A stretch of 64,000 bases of DNA, from NCBI RefSeq assembly GCF_025526975.1, contig NW_026515693.1, positions 186,001 to 250,000 of the forward strand, in the 5' to 3' direction. The notes beneath the pieces are model-generated. The model had not been told where the DNA came from. It saw only the letters and a program-made list of their open reading frames with translations, and did not search any database. The DNA comes from Fimicolochytrium jonesii. Lineage: Eukaryota. Below are positions 34,698 through 47,994 of this stretch, piece after piece. Both the position numbers and the translations under genes were made by a program. Position 1 is the stretch's first letter, and every line of letters begins with the position of its first letter.

Positions 34698-37600
34698 TCA
34701 AACCGCAATAGCGGGGCTGAACCTCAACGTCCTACTCTCCCCGCCCTTCAAGGCCACCCAAACCGTCAGGGGATCGACTCCAATCTGCTCGTACGTGCAG
34801 ACACCGGCGGGACAGTCGGCGCGGAGGACGGGGCCGGGGACGGTGATGGGCACGTTGCATTTGGATGCCGAGGTGGCGCTGAGGCTGAGCCAGTGGGTGG
34901 CGTTGCGGGTGAGGAGGACTGAGCGCCCGCAGTAGTCGCGTTCCATGCGGTCCAGGAAGGTTTGGGAGTGGGCTGTGGTGGGGGGGGATACCAACCGGGG
35001 GTGTTAGGGGGATTTACTGAAGTGGTGGGAGAGGAAATTGGGGGGAGATTGTGATCGAGTTTAAACGTACATGTGATATCCTTCGTGACGAGAGGCCATC
35101 TAACGAGTTGCGCGAGACGGCCAAGCACGTTCTCGGACCAGATCTGCAACAGGCCGAATTTGCCCTGCACGCCCGTCGCGGCGATCGTCACCAGGGGCTG
35201 GTCGGCGTTCCTCAGATTCGCCTACAAAACAATCCCGCCCACACCAAACAGGGTTAGCCCTTAGCCCCGAACACATAACACCCTCGCCCGCCATATCTCC
35301 TACGAGTAAGATTACATTACCTGATGAAACATGAACCCATCCTGCCTCAAATTCAACAAAATCTGCGTAACCCGATCGATCTCGTAGTTCATCAGGTAGG
35401 CAAAATCCTTCGTGCCCTGGACAGCCGCATACATATTATTGTACAATATCATGTTCTCGCCCGGCTGTGAGCAGTTGTAGTAGATCACGGTGGCCTGGCG
35501 GGGTATGACGGTGTATCCGGCGTAGTTGGAGGACGCGAGGGAGGAGATCCACGGGTGGAGTGGGTGGGTGCGGTTGGTGACGTCGTCGCGGGTGTCGTCG
35601 CCGGTGACAAAGTCGATGCCGTTGGCTTTGAAGGAGGCGAGGACGTCGGCGTTGTGGAGGCCCGTGATGGCGGGGGGGATCAGGGAGCGGGAGGTGTAGG
35701 TCGGGTAGGAGGCGATGCCGGCGATGGTGGCAAAGTGGATGTTGAATTGGAGTTCATTGTCGATGTCGTACCGTCTAGAATCAGAAAAATCCCCCGGGTC
35801 GAAACAAAGAAAGGTGAGCATTGCGTGGAGAAAACGAAACGCCTGGCAAACCTCCTAGGTATATATACATACGTAGCGTTATCCAGCTGTAAATGCGTAT
35901 AAGTATGACTCAACCAATAAAACCCGGTCTGCACCGCGGGCGTGATATCCACATAATTGAACAACGTGTCCTTCTTCAGCGTCGCCTTCGTGAACGCCCT
36001 CAACGCCGGCAGCTTGCTCGCGGGCGGCCACATGTTCGTCCCTGTCCCGGGCGGTTTGATGAAATTATCAATGCGCTCGATATCCGTCACAAGCGGGTCG
36101 AGGTTGGGGTCGGCCTTTGTGACGACTCCCCACCCGTTGTACGCGAGGGAGAGGGTGATGTTTGATCCGGGGGGCATGCGTTTGTTGAACGCGGTTTGCC
36201 AGGTGAGGATGTTGGCGAGGTCGGTTGGGTTGAGGCGGTAGGCGTAGGTGGCGTTGGTGTCGGTGGGGAGGAAGACGTCATCGATTTGGAGCGAGATCTG
36301 GATGCGGCGGAAGCCGTCGTAGAGCTGGCGCGTGGCCCAGGAGACCCAGACGTGGGTTAGGAGGTTGCAGGTGGGGGACCACCAGCCTGTTTGCGAGGGG
36401 GGGGGGGAGATACATGAACTCAAAAAGCAAAAGTAGGAAATCAACAGGACCACCCGCAGGAAAGTCCGTACATACCGCAACCCATGTAATGCACCATCGC
36501 CTCCCGTCCATTCGGATACTTCACAATGAACCCCACACCGGTCGTCGTCTTGAACGCGCCATCACTACTCGGCCCCAAATTCGCAAACGCCGTCGTGCTG
36601 GTCGCATTCGTAATCACCGACGGGTAATGCCACAATCCCGTGCTGGGAACCTGCGCGCCGTTCACGACGCCGGATTTGAGGAGCTCTGCGTTGAGGGCGA
36701 GTTGGATGGGTTGGGTGACGCCCGTGTTGCAACAGCCCATTGCGGCGGGGTTGGCGGCCGCGGTGCCGTGCGAGGGGCTGGGACTGTCGTCGAAGGTTAC
36801 GCGGCGGATCTTGTGTTTTGCTTCGTAGCTATTGGAATGATGAAATAGAGATGAAGGGTGAGCGACGTGGGCGATACTCGGGGAAAGTGTGGCGCCTCTT
36901 ACTTACGCCTCAATCAACCCCCACTGCACCGTCGTCAACGCACTCTGCCAAACCCCCCCAACCTGAATCGGCAACTGGCCCGGACTGATCATCACCACCG
37001 AATATCTCGCATTCCCGGCAGCATCCTCAAACGCAATTGGCAGCGCACTCGCATTAGGGTATCCCGTGGGCGGAACCACAGCGACCTCGTAAGGGATCCC
37101 GTAGCCGTCGAGGCCTTTTGTTTGGTAGTCGACGTCGCCGCCGGTGGTGGTGAGGATGAGGATGACTTGGCGGGCGGTGAAGGTGCTGGCATCTGGGATG
37201 GGACGAGAAAGGGGGCGGCGGAATTCGTCAATAAAAAATGAAGTTCGAATGAAAAAAAAAAAGGAGTGTGGTCCCATCGAGATTCGAAGCCCCGAATTCG
37301 AAGCAAAACGTTGTGACATAGGACGAGGCTGCAGCGGGCAGAGCATAGGTCCCTTCGGTCGCTGAAAGATCTGACGGTCGCTGAGGCTCGCGAAGAACCA
37401 GTAATTATAGGAAGCATTGCGCCTTTGGCGCAATGTGGCTCGCCTGCCTCGAGCATCCCTTCTCCTCGCCATCGCTCGCCATCGCCATTACGCTCATCAT
37501 CGCGCGCTCCCTGCCGCTCCCATTTCTCCTCGCCTCGCTCCTCCGCCGGGCTCTGCGGCACCCTTTTGCACTGGGGAGCTTGCCTCGCTCGCGTGACCCA

Positions 37601-37827
37601 CCCGTAGCAGTGGGCGGCTTCGCAGTCGTCGTCGGCGTCGCAGTAGTCGTAGCCGCCTTAGTACTAGTAGGAGTAGTCTTTGTGGTGGTGGGTTTTGCAG
37701 CCCCACCTGCGTTCACGGTCACGATGGCGCTGAGGGAGAGCAGGAGGATCAGCAGGGAGAAGAAGGAGGACGGGCGCGGGCCGCGCGTACTGGGGCGCGA
37801 CGAGAGGGAGTGGGTTGAAGGAAACAT
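34698..37827 (-). CDS. agd3: Secreted Agd3-like carbohydrate deacetylase (CE18), spliced
   Basis: Signal peptide and Thr-rich linker; LQIDDVFL, WLSHTYTHLQLDNATY, PPAITGLHNAD, IPRQATVIYYNCS and GFMFHQAN. Confidence 0.85.
37351..37437 (-). repeat. Dispersed structured intronic element, copy 2
   Basis: Reverse complement reads ACATTGCGCCAAAGGCGCAATGC...AGCCTCAGCGACCGTCAGATCTTTCAGCGACCGAAGGGA. Lies in intron 1 (about 37193-37601) of the Agd3-like gene. Confidence 0.8.
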
Positions 37828-39142
37828 GGTCGTTGTTGTTGGGGGTGGGAATGCGGTGGGGGGGGGTATGTTGCGACGATGAGCGTGGGAAAGAGGTGGG
37901 AGGTGGGTGTGTCTTATAGTCGAGGCGTCTGCGCAGGCGTGGGTAGCAAGAGGGAGGGAGTGTAAGTGGAATAAGCGAAGCGCGCCCCCTTTCCCTTTGT
38001 GCTGCGAGAGGGGGGGCGAGAGGGGGGCAACGCGCGCGCGACAGAACAAGAACAAGAACAAGGAACAATCACCCACTGATGGAAAGACAGAGAGCGCAGT
38101 CCACTGAGTCATACATAGCACTGTGATATGAGGAAACGCGAGGTTGGAGCCACAACAGCCACCCGCGCCACTTCCCACTTCCCACGCACTCGGACACACA
38201 CGCCAGATCGGCGGTACGCGCACACGGACCCTCCCTCCTCTCTGTGTGGTGTGGTGTGTGGCGGAAAAGGGAAGGCACCGAGTAAGGATAATTACCATCT
38301 CGTTTGTGGGAATCTCCCATTGGAAGAAAACCATCCCCCATATCAAGTGATTGGCCGCCCACCCACCCGATGTAAGCATAATCACGCCTCCCACCAAAAG
38401 TCACGGAGGCGGTATCGCCGGATGGTCGGACGGCCGTAGTGAAAATACATACTGTACATACAAAAGGCCTAGTCCCGTTCGGGCCGTCGAGACCCCAAGC
38501 AGGACATCAGGGTCCTATTCGGAGTTAACAAGCTTGTCGCGCTTTCGTGTATTTTGAAGCAGCGACAACCGACGAGGTGGGTGTTTTGGTGTATGATATT
38601 TCGGGGGCGGCCGGCGACGACGAACGACGATCAACGTTGAATACGCCGATGCAAGCAGGGTTTTCCCTGGTTAGTTACGCCTGTGCCTTGGGGAAAATGA
38701 CGGGGAATGGCAAAAGCCCGTATATAAACCCTCATCAGCTCACGTGACTTTTTATACCAGCCCACTTCCACTTGGACTGTTTCCCATCCGCCAGGGGCCT
38801 TGTGTGAAAGGGCGTGAATATGAAAGGGGGGGGGGGGGGGGCCGGTGTGATATATGTACAGTATGTACAAAAAACTGAACGGCCTCAGAGCGATCGCTTC
38901 CCACTCTTTCTCCTTCCAGTCGACCCAACGTTTTGTAAAAAGGTGTTTCGAAGACAACGGTGATATTAGTTGATCTCTACTTTATCTAGTGCGATCCAGG
39001 GATAATCATACGCCGATATTCATACGCCATGCGCTAAATTAGTTCCTCATCTGTCGACTTGCTGAGCAACAGCATCCATACGAAAGTCGTCGTATTCAGG
39101 TAAAAGCCTTTCATTGCCCCATATCTTTCGTCTGAATCCTTT

Positions 39143-39918
39143 CTACAGTAGCTTCAGATGACCGGTAATGGCATTCACAGCTTCTATTGGGCCTGTGAGA
39201 ATCGCAAGAACGGGCATGAGTATTCATACCTGCAACGGACAGATTGAGCCACGGATGTGCGGATGCAACTCATACCTGGTCCAACAGCAAGTACAGTCCG
39301 ACTTCCCTCCGGGATCTGCGTTCTCCCAGCATCCTCAATGTATTCCGCGATCAGACCTGCCTTCCTCGCCTTCACAAACAACTCCATCAGCTCCTCCTCC
39401 GACTGGCACTTTACCGCCACCTTGGCGGCTCCATACCGCTCATACCGCCTGAGAGTGGCAGGCTGTGTCCTCCGAGCGGTGTCGACTGCTGCCACAGCAG
39501 CATGGCAGCACTGAGCCGCCATCTTGCCTTTCCCCATCCCCAGGTCCGTGCGAACTACTAGGATCATCTTGTGCTCGCGTGTGCCTCCGGCCTCGGACTC
39601 GGACTCGGAATCCGTGTCGGTTTCGTCGGTGGTTGCGTCATCGCCGTCCACATCCTCCATCAGGATGTCTTCACCCTTCTCCGCCGCCTTTGAAGAACCG
39701 TCTCTCTTTTCGCCTACTACCCCGCTATTTTTCAACCCTGCCCCAGCTCCTCCAGAAACTTCTCGTCCGCTTCTTGCTAACCGGCAGATGTATTGTGGAA
39801 CTGCCCAGTGTTGGACAGCCCAACCGAGGACTAGACCGAGTAGAGCGGCTGTTGCGACGTGAGTGCTTGCGTATGTACGTGCTGACAGTGCAGAGGGCAG
39901 GGATGGAAGACGACTCAT
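39143..39918 (-). CDS. PTH2: Peptidyl-tRNA hydrolase 2
   Basis: KMILVVRTDLGMGKGKMAAQCCHAA, DAGRTQI and TVLAVGPG; last exon PIEAVNAITGHLKLL*; N-terminal TM. Confidence 0.95.
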
Positions 39919-40234
39919 TTTTGATGATATCACTTGCGGAGCGGATGGGGGACGAAGGTGTGAGAGTGTAGATAGTGCTTCAACTGCCGGTTAGGATGGC
40001 GGCTTTGGGGACTTGTCGGAACTGTTGTGCGTAGTGCTTAAATGCTGGCTTGAATGCGGTATGCCTGAGTGCTGAATGCGCTGAACTTTGAAGCTCTGGG
40101 GTTGAAATCTGGGTTGAAATTGACGTCGCCGAAGAAGCGAGGAAAAGTCAGAAAGTCTCCAAAGGTTCAGGAGAAGTTGGAGAACCTCCCCGGTTATCGA
40201 TTCCCAGCGTTTCCCTCCACCGCTTTTGGAAACC

Positions 40235-41774
40235 ATGGGCAAGAAGAAACCTTTCACACCCCCACCGGACTCTCCTGCCTGGTAAGCACTCGCAAGACTC
40301 GCAGTCTCTGTGTGTTTCTGAGCGCTTAGGTTACTTTCGTACTCAATTCTTGTGGTCGTCCCAAAGGCCGAACCAAACGGCATTCCGGGTAGCCGAACGG
40401 ACATGGAAGCGCCGAGACTTACCGCCAGAGCTATTGGCGAGCATCATAGATCCCGGCGGTAATCCGTCACCGGCCGTGCAAGCCAATCGACTCGTACCGA
40501 TTACATTAGCATATAACCCTCCCACGCTTTCCAACCTCTTTGGTCCTTCGCCGGAAACGGACTCGAATGGACGGGCAACAGCGTACAGTGCTCCTGAAAT
40601 ACCAGGCCTTATCCTCATACCGGGCTTGATAACGCCGGAAGGGCAAGTTCAGGTGGTGAAGGCGAGCCTGAAGGACTACACAGCTCTTCCAAATGTCACA
40701 AATCTGGACACGCACTGGGATATCCCATCCAGAGGACTATGGCATATGTACGAGCAAAGTCTACATAGCGAAGAAAGGCAGAAGGACGAGGCGCTTATAC
40801 CAATGCGACATGATGGGACAGTCGAGGGCGCCAAGAGTGCTGCAGCTGCGTTCCGGGTGGGCAAGGTAGCGAACGGGTCCTCGGACAAAGATGGCGAAAA
40901 TGCCCTCAAGTCTAAGACGACCTCTACGTCTGGGATTGAGGTCCCCGACACAACTAGCACGCAGATTATCATCGATCTACCGACAACAGATACCCAGAAT
41001 CTCAAAGCAATCACCGCCTCTGAAGCCCTGAAGCGCCTTCGGTGGACTTCCCTGGGATTCCAGTACAACTGGAGCACAAAAGAGTACCATCTGGATCGAC
41101 GACCACCATTCCCCCCCTTGATTGACGAGCTAGCCACGCAAGTTGTGAAATCTGTGGAGAATATCACTGGCTACAATGCCGAAAGGTGGATATCGGAGGC
41201 GGGGATTATCAACTTTTACCAGGAGAGGGACGCGCTGATGGCACACCAGGTATACAAACGCGTGAGCAGGTCCAGTCTAGGAGACGGCTCGGTTGCTAAC
41301 CTAGTTTGCGGTCACTAGGATCGGAGCGAAATTAATACCGAAGCCCCTCTCATCAGCTTTAGGTGTGTTTCCGGCAAGCATGAGCAGTCTATATCCGCCG
41401 TTGTGCGATCAATCGGCCCACTCTGACACCCGCACCTCTCCAGTTTTGGGAACTCCAGCGTTTTTCTGATTGGATCCGAGAACAGGGATGACACGCCAAT
41501 TCCGATCCTCCTCCGCAGCGGCGACGTGCTAGTGATGCACGGGAATTCTCGTCGAGCATATCATGGTATGGGCATACGCACGTAATGCTGACATTCCATC
41601 TTTGCCAACCATTCATGCTAAGCCCACCCTCCGCCTACAGCACTGCCTAGGATTCTAGGAGGAACGTGTCCGGACTATCTCACGCCAGAGAGCGTTAACG
41701 ATGCGCAGTGGAGAGCTTTTTACAATTACTTGAAGGACGCGAGGATCAACGTGAACGTGCGGCAAGTCTATTGA
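40235..41774 (+). CDS. ALKBH1: AlkB-family 2OG-Fe(II) dioxygenase, ALKBH1-like
   Basis: LRWTSLGFQYNW, EAGIINFY, LMAHQDRSE, LLRSGDVLVM, RRAYH and RINVNVRQV across exons. Confidence 0.92.
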
Positions 41775-42072
41775 GGCCTTCCCGCAGCCATTTTGGTCGT
41801 TCCAGTTCAATAGAGGGGAGATTGTAGAAGACAGAAGATTTCGTAGAGCAGAGAGTCCTAGGAGCATTAGACGCTAATTCATACATTCAAGCAAGATGGC
41901 TTCTGGTCCAATGGCGAGGTCCGGTACTGAGTGAAACCGCAGACACCTTTTGAATTTACAATGGTACAACGTATGGGTTTCCGAGGGATGAAATGCATCC
42001 AGCAACAGCAAGAATACTATTGAGCAAATGTACAAGTTACAAATTACTCTGCACCGACACACATATGTTTGC

Positions 42073-43038
42073 CTATTCCTGACGCAGGTCGATCATCTGG
42101 TTGGGCTGGCACTTTGCAAAAGCCCCATGTGTGATCGCCTTTTCCAGCATACGTATTTCCTCCGTGATGTCTCCCTTTTTGCCCGCCTTCGAGCTCGCTT
42201 CAGCCAGTACGCCGTAGTCCTCCTTAACTTCATCCGGGACGGGGCCCTTGATGGGCACACGCAGCATAAGACATTCCGGCCAAGCCTCCCAGCACAGCGG
42301 GGAGGTGCCATTCAAGGCTGCGAGGTCGCGCTCGACGGCGCCAGCGACCATCCCAACGCCTTTGAGCCAAGGCATTCCAAACTCGTCACCTTGCAAGCGC
42401 TTCTCGACCTCAACAGCCAACCAAGCATCGCCGCCTACCAAAAAGCGGTCACGCGGCACATCCAGGGGATCGAACAAGATGTTGTTCCGCTTGCAGACCA
42501 TATCGTCAAGCTCTGCGTCAGCAAGAACCCATCGTCCAGCATCGGCATGCCAGAACTCGGTCACCCAGTGGTCAACAAAGAAATCGCACCCCTCTCCGGA
42601 GAAATAGTCTGCAAAGCCGACACGGGGTCGGGCAGGGACACCCGACTCGCGTAGGAAGGATGTAAACAGCAGAGCGAACTCGCGGCACGTGCCTACCACA
42701 CGTGCCGACGCTTCTCGTGGGACCACAAGGGAGGGTGTCGTTTGTGTGTCGCTGCCGCTGCTACTGTTGCGAGGGTTGCGGGCGACCCAGTGGTCGATGA
42801 TACGTTGGGCGGAGCGAAGGCTGAGGTCACGCTCAGTGTCAGCTTCCGTGAAAGCAGCTTTTGCTCCGCAGAGTTCAATGTGCTGTTGGTGAAGGATAAT
42901 GTTCTGTACGGCACGAGCTAACGTGGCGGGTTGTCGGTCAGGCACCGAGTCCAGCAGGCGCTTGCCTAGCTCGTCCAGTCTTGTCTCGTCGGGATGAGCA
43001 CGGAAGATGTCGAGAGGGCTGGTTAGGCTATTCGTCAT
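42073..43038 (-). CDS. Transglutaminase-like domain protein of bacterial type, intronless
   Basis: Cys-His-Asp triad in VVGTCREFALL, PARPRVGFADYF, DHWVTEFW and RWVLADAE; also FDPLDVPRDRFLVGGDAW. Confidence 0.88.
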   Translation of the reverse strand: MTNSLTSPLDIFRAHPDETRLDELGKRLLDSVPDRQPATLARAVQNIILHQQHIELCGAKAAFTEADTERDLSLRSAQRIIDHWVARNPRNSSSGSDTQTTPSLVVPREASARVVGTCREFALLFTSFLRESGVPARPRVGFADYFSGEGCDFFVDHWVTEFWHADAGRWVLADAELDDMVCKRNNILFDPLDVPRDRFLVGGDAWLAVEVEKRLQGDEFGMPWLKGVGMVAGAVERDLAALNGTSPLCWEAWPECLMLRVPIKGPVPDEVKEDYGVLAEASSKAGKKGDITEEIRMLEKAITHGAFAKCQPNQMIDLRQE

Positions 43039-43262
43039 GGTCGCCGATTGCTATTCGAGATGACGAGTTTTCGGGTGCTTGCCGAAATCTCTGAGATTTA
43101 TATGGGCAAGGAAGCCCGGGTGGCTGTGAACTACATGGTGGCTGTGAACTTCATACGGGCCTGGAGGTTTCAACTGCAACCCTGACTTCAACCTCAAGCG
43201 TATCGAGTTCAACTGCGAGTTCTTTTTTCCCGACCCACCCGACCCATACGACAGGACACAAT

Positions 43263-43963
43263 ATGGAAGAACGAGTACGCCAATACCACGCAGAAGCGTC
43301 CGGCTTCCTCCCTGCCGGCCCTTCAGGGGAGCCCTCCACCACCACACCTTACAACCCCGTAAAAGTCCTGCGCGCCATGAACGCATACAGGAAATTCATA
43401 CATAAGAACCAAGATTTCCGCTTCACCGACAAGGACAAGGCCAGGCTGTTTGGCGCCGTTCAAGCTTATTTTACGTACTGGGATAGGTATGTCGGAATGC
43501 TGGAGAATTTGTGAAGTCTGTGCAAGTAACGATATGCTTATCAAATTCTCGCGGTAGATCACAGAACGTGGCAGGAGATGTGCCCGGAGAGCAAAAACCG
43601 TCCTCACTACCCCTTATAGAGGACGCACTCAAAGTCCCTTTCTTCACCACCAAGCAAAAGTCCACGATGCTGAAGTGGTACGAGGAGGTTCACTCTGCCT
43701 CCTCGACTGACTCGAAGGCCAAATTCAAACAACACGACACACGGAGGGATAACGAGGATGAGAACGACGATTGGGGAGATCCGGACGCGTGGGGCGCTAG
43801 TAGTGATGACGCTGAGGATGCTGGGTCAGAAGATATTGCGGTAAATACCAAGGAATCAAGTCCGGGCGAAAAAAACGGCGGTGAGCCTGGTGCTCAAGGG
43901 AAAAACGGCAAACCGAGGCGGGTAGGGAAGAGGCAGAAATCGGCGCTGGCGCAGACGGGGTAG
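43263..43963 (+). CDS. Hypothetical protein, 2 exons
   Basis: ORFs 43263-43514 and 43511-43963 are joined in frame by intron 43487-43557 (GTATGT...TAG). Acidic/basic tail. Confidence 0.6.
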
Positions 43964-44793
43964 ATTAAGGATGGACGATGTCCTTCATCGGTGCAGGCGG
44001 TGCTACCTTGCTCAGGAATCACTGGGCACCAACAGAGCTGGTGAAACGATGCGCGGTCGGCAGTGAGAAGGAGAATAGTAACCGAGTGGCAACTCCATCG
44101 ACGTCGTCGTTGTGGAAGTCACGAAACCCGTAATCATCTCTCCGGTGCTGTACATCGGCCATGATCCTTAGTGTGCGGAACGGGCCCGATATGGAATGCA
44201 ATCACACAAGGCCCGTACTGATGCTCGAGCTTTGCTTGGTGCCCCAAGGGAGGGACGAAGCGTACGGAGGAGTGCCACGACGTCTCGGGCCATGCTCGCA
44301 AGGCAGCGTAGCCCCACGAAGTCAGCGCCAGCTGTTCGCCGGGTGCTCCGGACGCTAAGCCGTCTACTTGCGACACATAGTCCGTCCCCCTCTGTACATC
44401 AAGCATCATCGTCGAATCAAACACCACTCCACTTTAACAACTTTGTTGGAGAACAAATACACAACTACAACGGACACAGTACCACCCCAACAAAACCACG
44501 AAACAACAGCACTATGTACAAAACAACACCATGCGGAAAAAAAAATCCAAGCCACCACCTCGAAGTTCGAAGAAGCGCTGAAGAGCTCCTGCGCTCGAGC
44601 ACCAGATTAAAGGGAATAAGGTAAAAGAAAAAATCAGACAAAATCTAAATAAAATCCGGTGTTTCAGAGTCTGTATCAGGTGTTTGGGTTGGGGTGTTGA
44701 GACGATGATTATGAGTTGGTGGATGGCGTGGTGGGACAATGCGGCGAGATATGCGTTTTTGAGCGTCTCCGGGCGTAATGGTGGCCTGGGAGC

Positions 44794-47261
44794 TCACTTG
44801 TAACGCTTGGCAAGCTGCTTTCGATCGACGGTGTGGATGAAGTACTGGCCGCCCTCGTTCATCCATGAGACGCAGTCACGGCCAAAGTAGTGCTGTATGG
44901 AGAAAACATCCCATGTGTGAGAGAACTGAAATCATGGAAGGGACCATACTGCCGGGGACATACCTCCTTGACGGTGAAGATGGACTCAATGGCGTTGCTT
45001 CGGCGAGAGCTACGCGCGGTGGGGCGGTCGACAGGGAGGAAACTGCGGAGGGATATGACCTGATATCATGGAAAAACATCAGCGTCAAAGGGGTGGTCAA
45101 ATTGATTCCTTGATAGTTGGATACGCACCACAGCCCCTTCCTTCAGATCCAAAAACTTGGCGAGAATGTTTTGGTTGAGTTCTGCATTGAAAGCGTAGCT
45201 GGTCGGGAAATGCAAGATCCGAAGTCAGATCTGAGTTGCAAAATTTTTCGGACAATGTGTGATTGGCAAATCCTTACTTGTTGACAAAGATCACATCCGC
45301 GGTCTTGATGACTTCATGCATTTCGGCATCTTCCAGAAAGTCGCTGTGCTTCAGCGTTATCCTTCCGCATGGCTTCGCATAGTATCTGCTCACAGCTATT
45401 AACATCCGCAACCTGAGTGTACTTGCGCAAATCCGGACAAAACGCACCTCATCCGCGAAATGAACTCCTTCTTTTGCTTGGCAGCCAGCTTCGCCGGGTT
45501 ATCAGACACCTCAATGCCGTATGTGTCGCATAGACATTGTGCGGCGACCTGAAGGACGACATTGCCGATTCCGCTTCCCTGGAGAACGGTAGCATGAGAC
45601 CGCTGTGATTCCGGAACGAAACGGAGCACTTCTAACATACCATGTCAACGAAAACGTGGTTGGGTTTGATGCGAGCTTCCTGGATGATAGTGTTGACAAA
45701 ATTGTGTTTGACCTCTCCGTAGACGTTATTTGAGAAGCCTGAAAAGTCAGGAACACGGTTTAGCACGGATTATCGGAAACAATTGCGGAAATATGAAGAC
45801 TCTATCCTCCATACCTTCGTAAACGTTTAAGAGATTGGATTCAGGCGCCACCGATCTTGAATAAGCCTGCTCCAAGACATGCGAAACCATGTGATACGAC
45901 GCAGCCGGTCCCGAAAACTCGCACGGCGCAAACACCTTCTTCGCCTTCAACTCCACCATATTCTCATTCCAAGCCGCCAGCGCCACCTTCAGATCGTCCA
46001 GGCTCTTCTTGTGAATGGCGCGTTGTATACTCCGTAGGATGCCGTTTCGCGCGTCGCCGAAGGAGGCTTTGTACTTTGATGGGATGGAGTGCTCGACAAT
46101 CATTTGGGTGGTGGCGTAAATGTCGGCGATGGGATCGAATTCGAGGGCTTTGGTGCAGGACACGAGGGCGTACTTTTCGCAGGCGCGTTCCCCTGGGTAC
46201 TCTAGTGGCGTGATTTCGAGGGATAGCGACGATTCGGGGCTTGCCCGCTTCGCATCTCGGGAAAGTGGTGCATAGAAACCCAGATTCGATTTCACAAGCT
46301 CTAACGCTGTTATGCAAGGTTCCATGGCTTTCTTCGGAAAATGACGGTAGTCGCCCTTGGCGTTCAGTGCTTTCGTTGCTTTGTTGGCCTTCTGCGTAGC
46401 ACTATCCGCGCCAGGCATTTTGGTCGCGGAGCTTCCGTTTTCTACCGGTTTGGACTGTTGTACTGCTGCCACTGCGGAGGTATGATTCTCGCGGGACTCT
46501 GTTTTGGCTTCGCACGCAGTCGCCGTGACGGGCGGTCGTTTCCGCTTTGCGACGCCGACGCCGCGTGGACGTTCTACCTTCGCTGCCTCTCCTGTATCGC
46601 TCTGATTCTCCAACAGTTTGAGCTCGGCACGAGATTTGGACTCGACTCCGTTTGATGTGGCGGCTGGTCGAACCACGGGGCTATCTATCTGCATGGAAGT
46701 GCTGTTCGTGTCATCCATATCCATATCTGGCGGATCATCCACTACGACTCTCCTCTTCTTCGCTTCTGGGGACTCTCCACCGGATAGAGCAGGGGATAGC
46801 AGCTTACTCCATCGAGCGCTGATCGATGGTGGTGTGGAGCTTCTGCTAGAACCCAGCGAATGCCTTGACGGCTTCGTACCGCCTGCGCCTCCGCTTCCAG
46901 ATACTGGCACACCAAGCAACGAATCTGGTGTCTGGTCTCGTAATAACGTCATGGCGGTGATTCGAGGCGTTGGCGTTACTACGGTAGAAGGCGGTGACTG
47001 TTCAATTTTCACTCGGAACTCCTGCAGGTCACTACTGACTTCGTCGCGCCGCTTCCTGCCCTCCGTCCCAAAATCCCGCGACTCTTTCTTCCTCTCCGAC
47101 GCGGGTTTCGGCCTCTTGTTCGGAGAGGTAGACCTCCGTCGTTTCTCGCGAATGGGATAGTAAACAGTCCGCTGCGGGGGGCTTCTGGGCCCTTCGCTGC
47201 GAGCGCGACAGTGGACTTTGCGCTCGCCTTCGCTGTGAAGCCGTGACCTTACTTCTTCCAT
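44794..47261 (-). CDS. DOT1: Histone H3K79 methyltransferase Dot1, spliced
   Basis: Long disordered N-terminus; LEQAYSRSV, VYGE, GSGIGNVVLQVA, YGIEV, ADVIFVNNYAF and CVSWM...YFIHTVDR. Confidence 0.93.
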
Positions 47262-47994
47262 CCAGCGCAACGGGGTCCGAGGTGTAATCGAGTTGTGTGT
47301 TGTTTGACTCGGTCTCCAAGGGTCAAGTCCCAAAGTGACTAAGCTAGAGAAACCACAGGATATGGCCTGGTAAACTTGGAGAACCCTGAACGCTCGGTTC
47401 AGAGAGTTTTCCAGCGCTGTAGTATTTCCGCTGAGCGCGACCGGGAAATCGTCGATTCAGACTTCGTCTTGGACCTAAAGTGTCAGTTCCGCAAGCCGGA
47501 TTTTCTCCGTCGGACGCTCGATTGAAAGTGGTAAGCGGCGGCGAACTCTCCGTGGTAGTCGCTAGTCGAAAAAGACGCTGTGTGTGCGGTGTGTGTGCCG
47601 GGTTCCTGTGTTCCTGGTTGACGCTTTTGCTGGGAAAAGGATAGGACGTTTGGAAGAGGAGAACCGAGAGCGGAGCGCTGATGGTTGCATCCTGTTCGGA
47701 CTCATTCTTACGTCAGCCAGTGCTGTTATCCCACTGTTACTGACGGCTCACGAACGGAAGGAGCTCCCCGTGTCCAGCCGGCTTTCCCTCATCTTCCCCA
47801 CTTTTGAATTTCGAGGACTTTGCTCGTATTGTACTGTACATAGCTGAACACAAGAACGGCAGAAGCGGGATACTCGATATTTGGCAAGCAAGCACCGGCA
47901 ATACCCGGCCCCATCTTTATCAAGACTTGACGGCCAGCATAGGGAAAGCTATTTAGTTCACACCACGCTTCCTTTGCCAGATAGCCTGCTAGCC

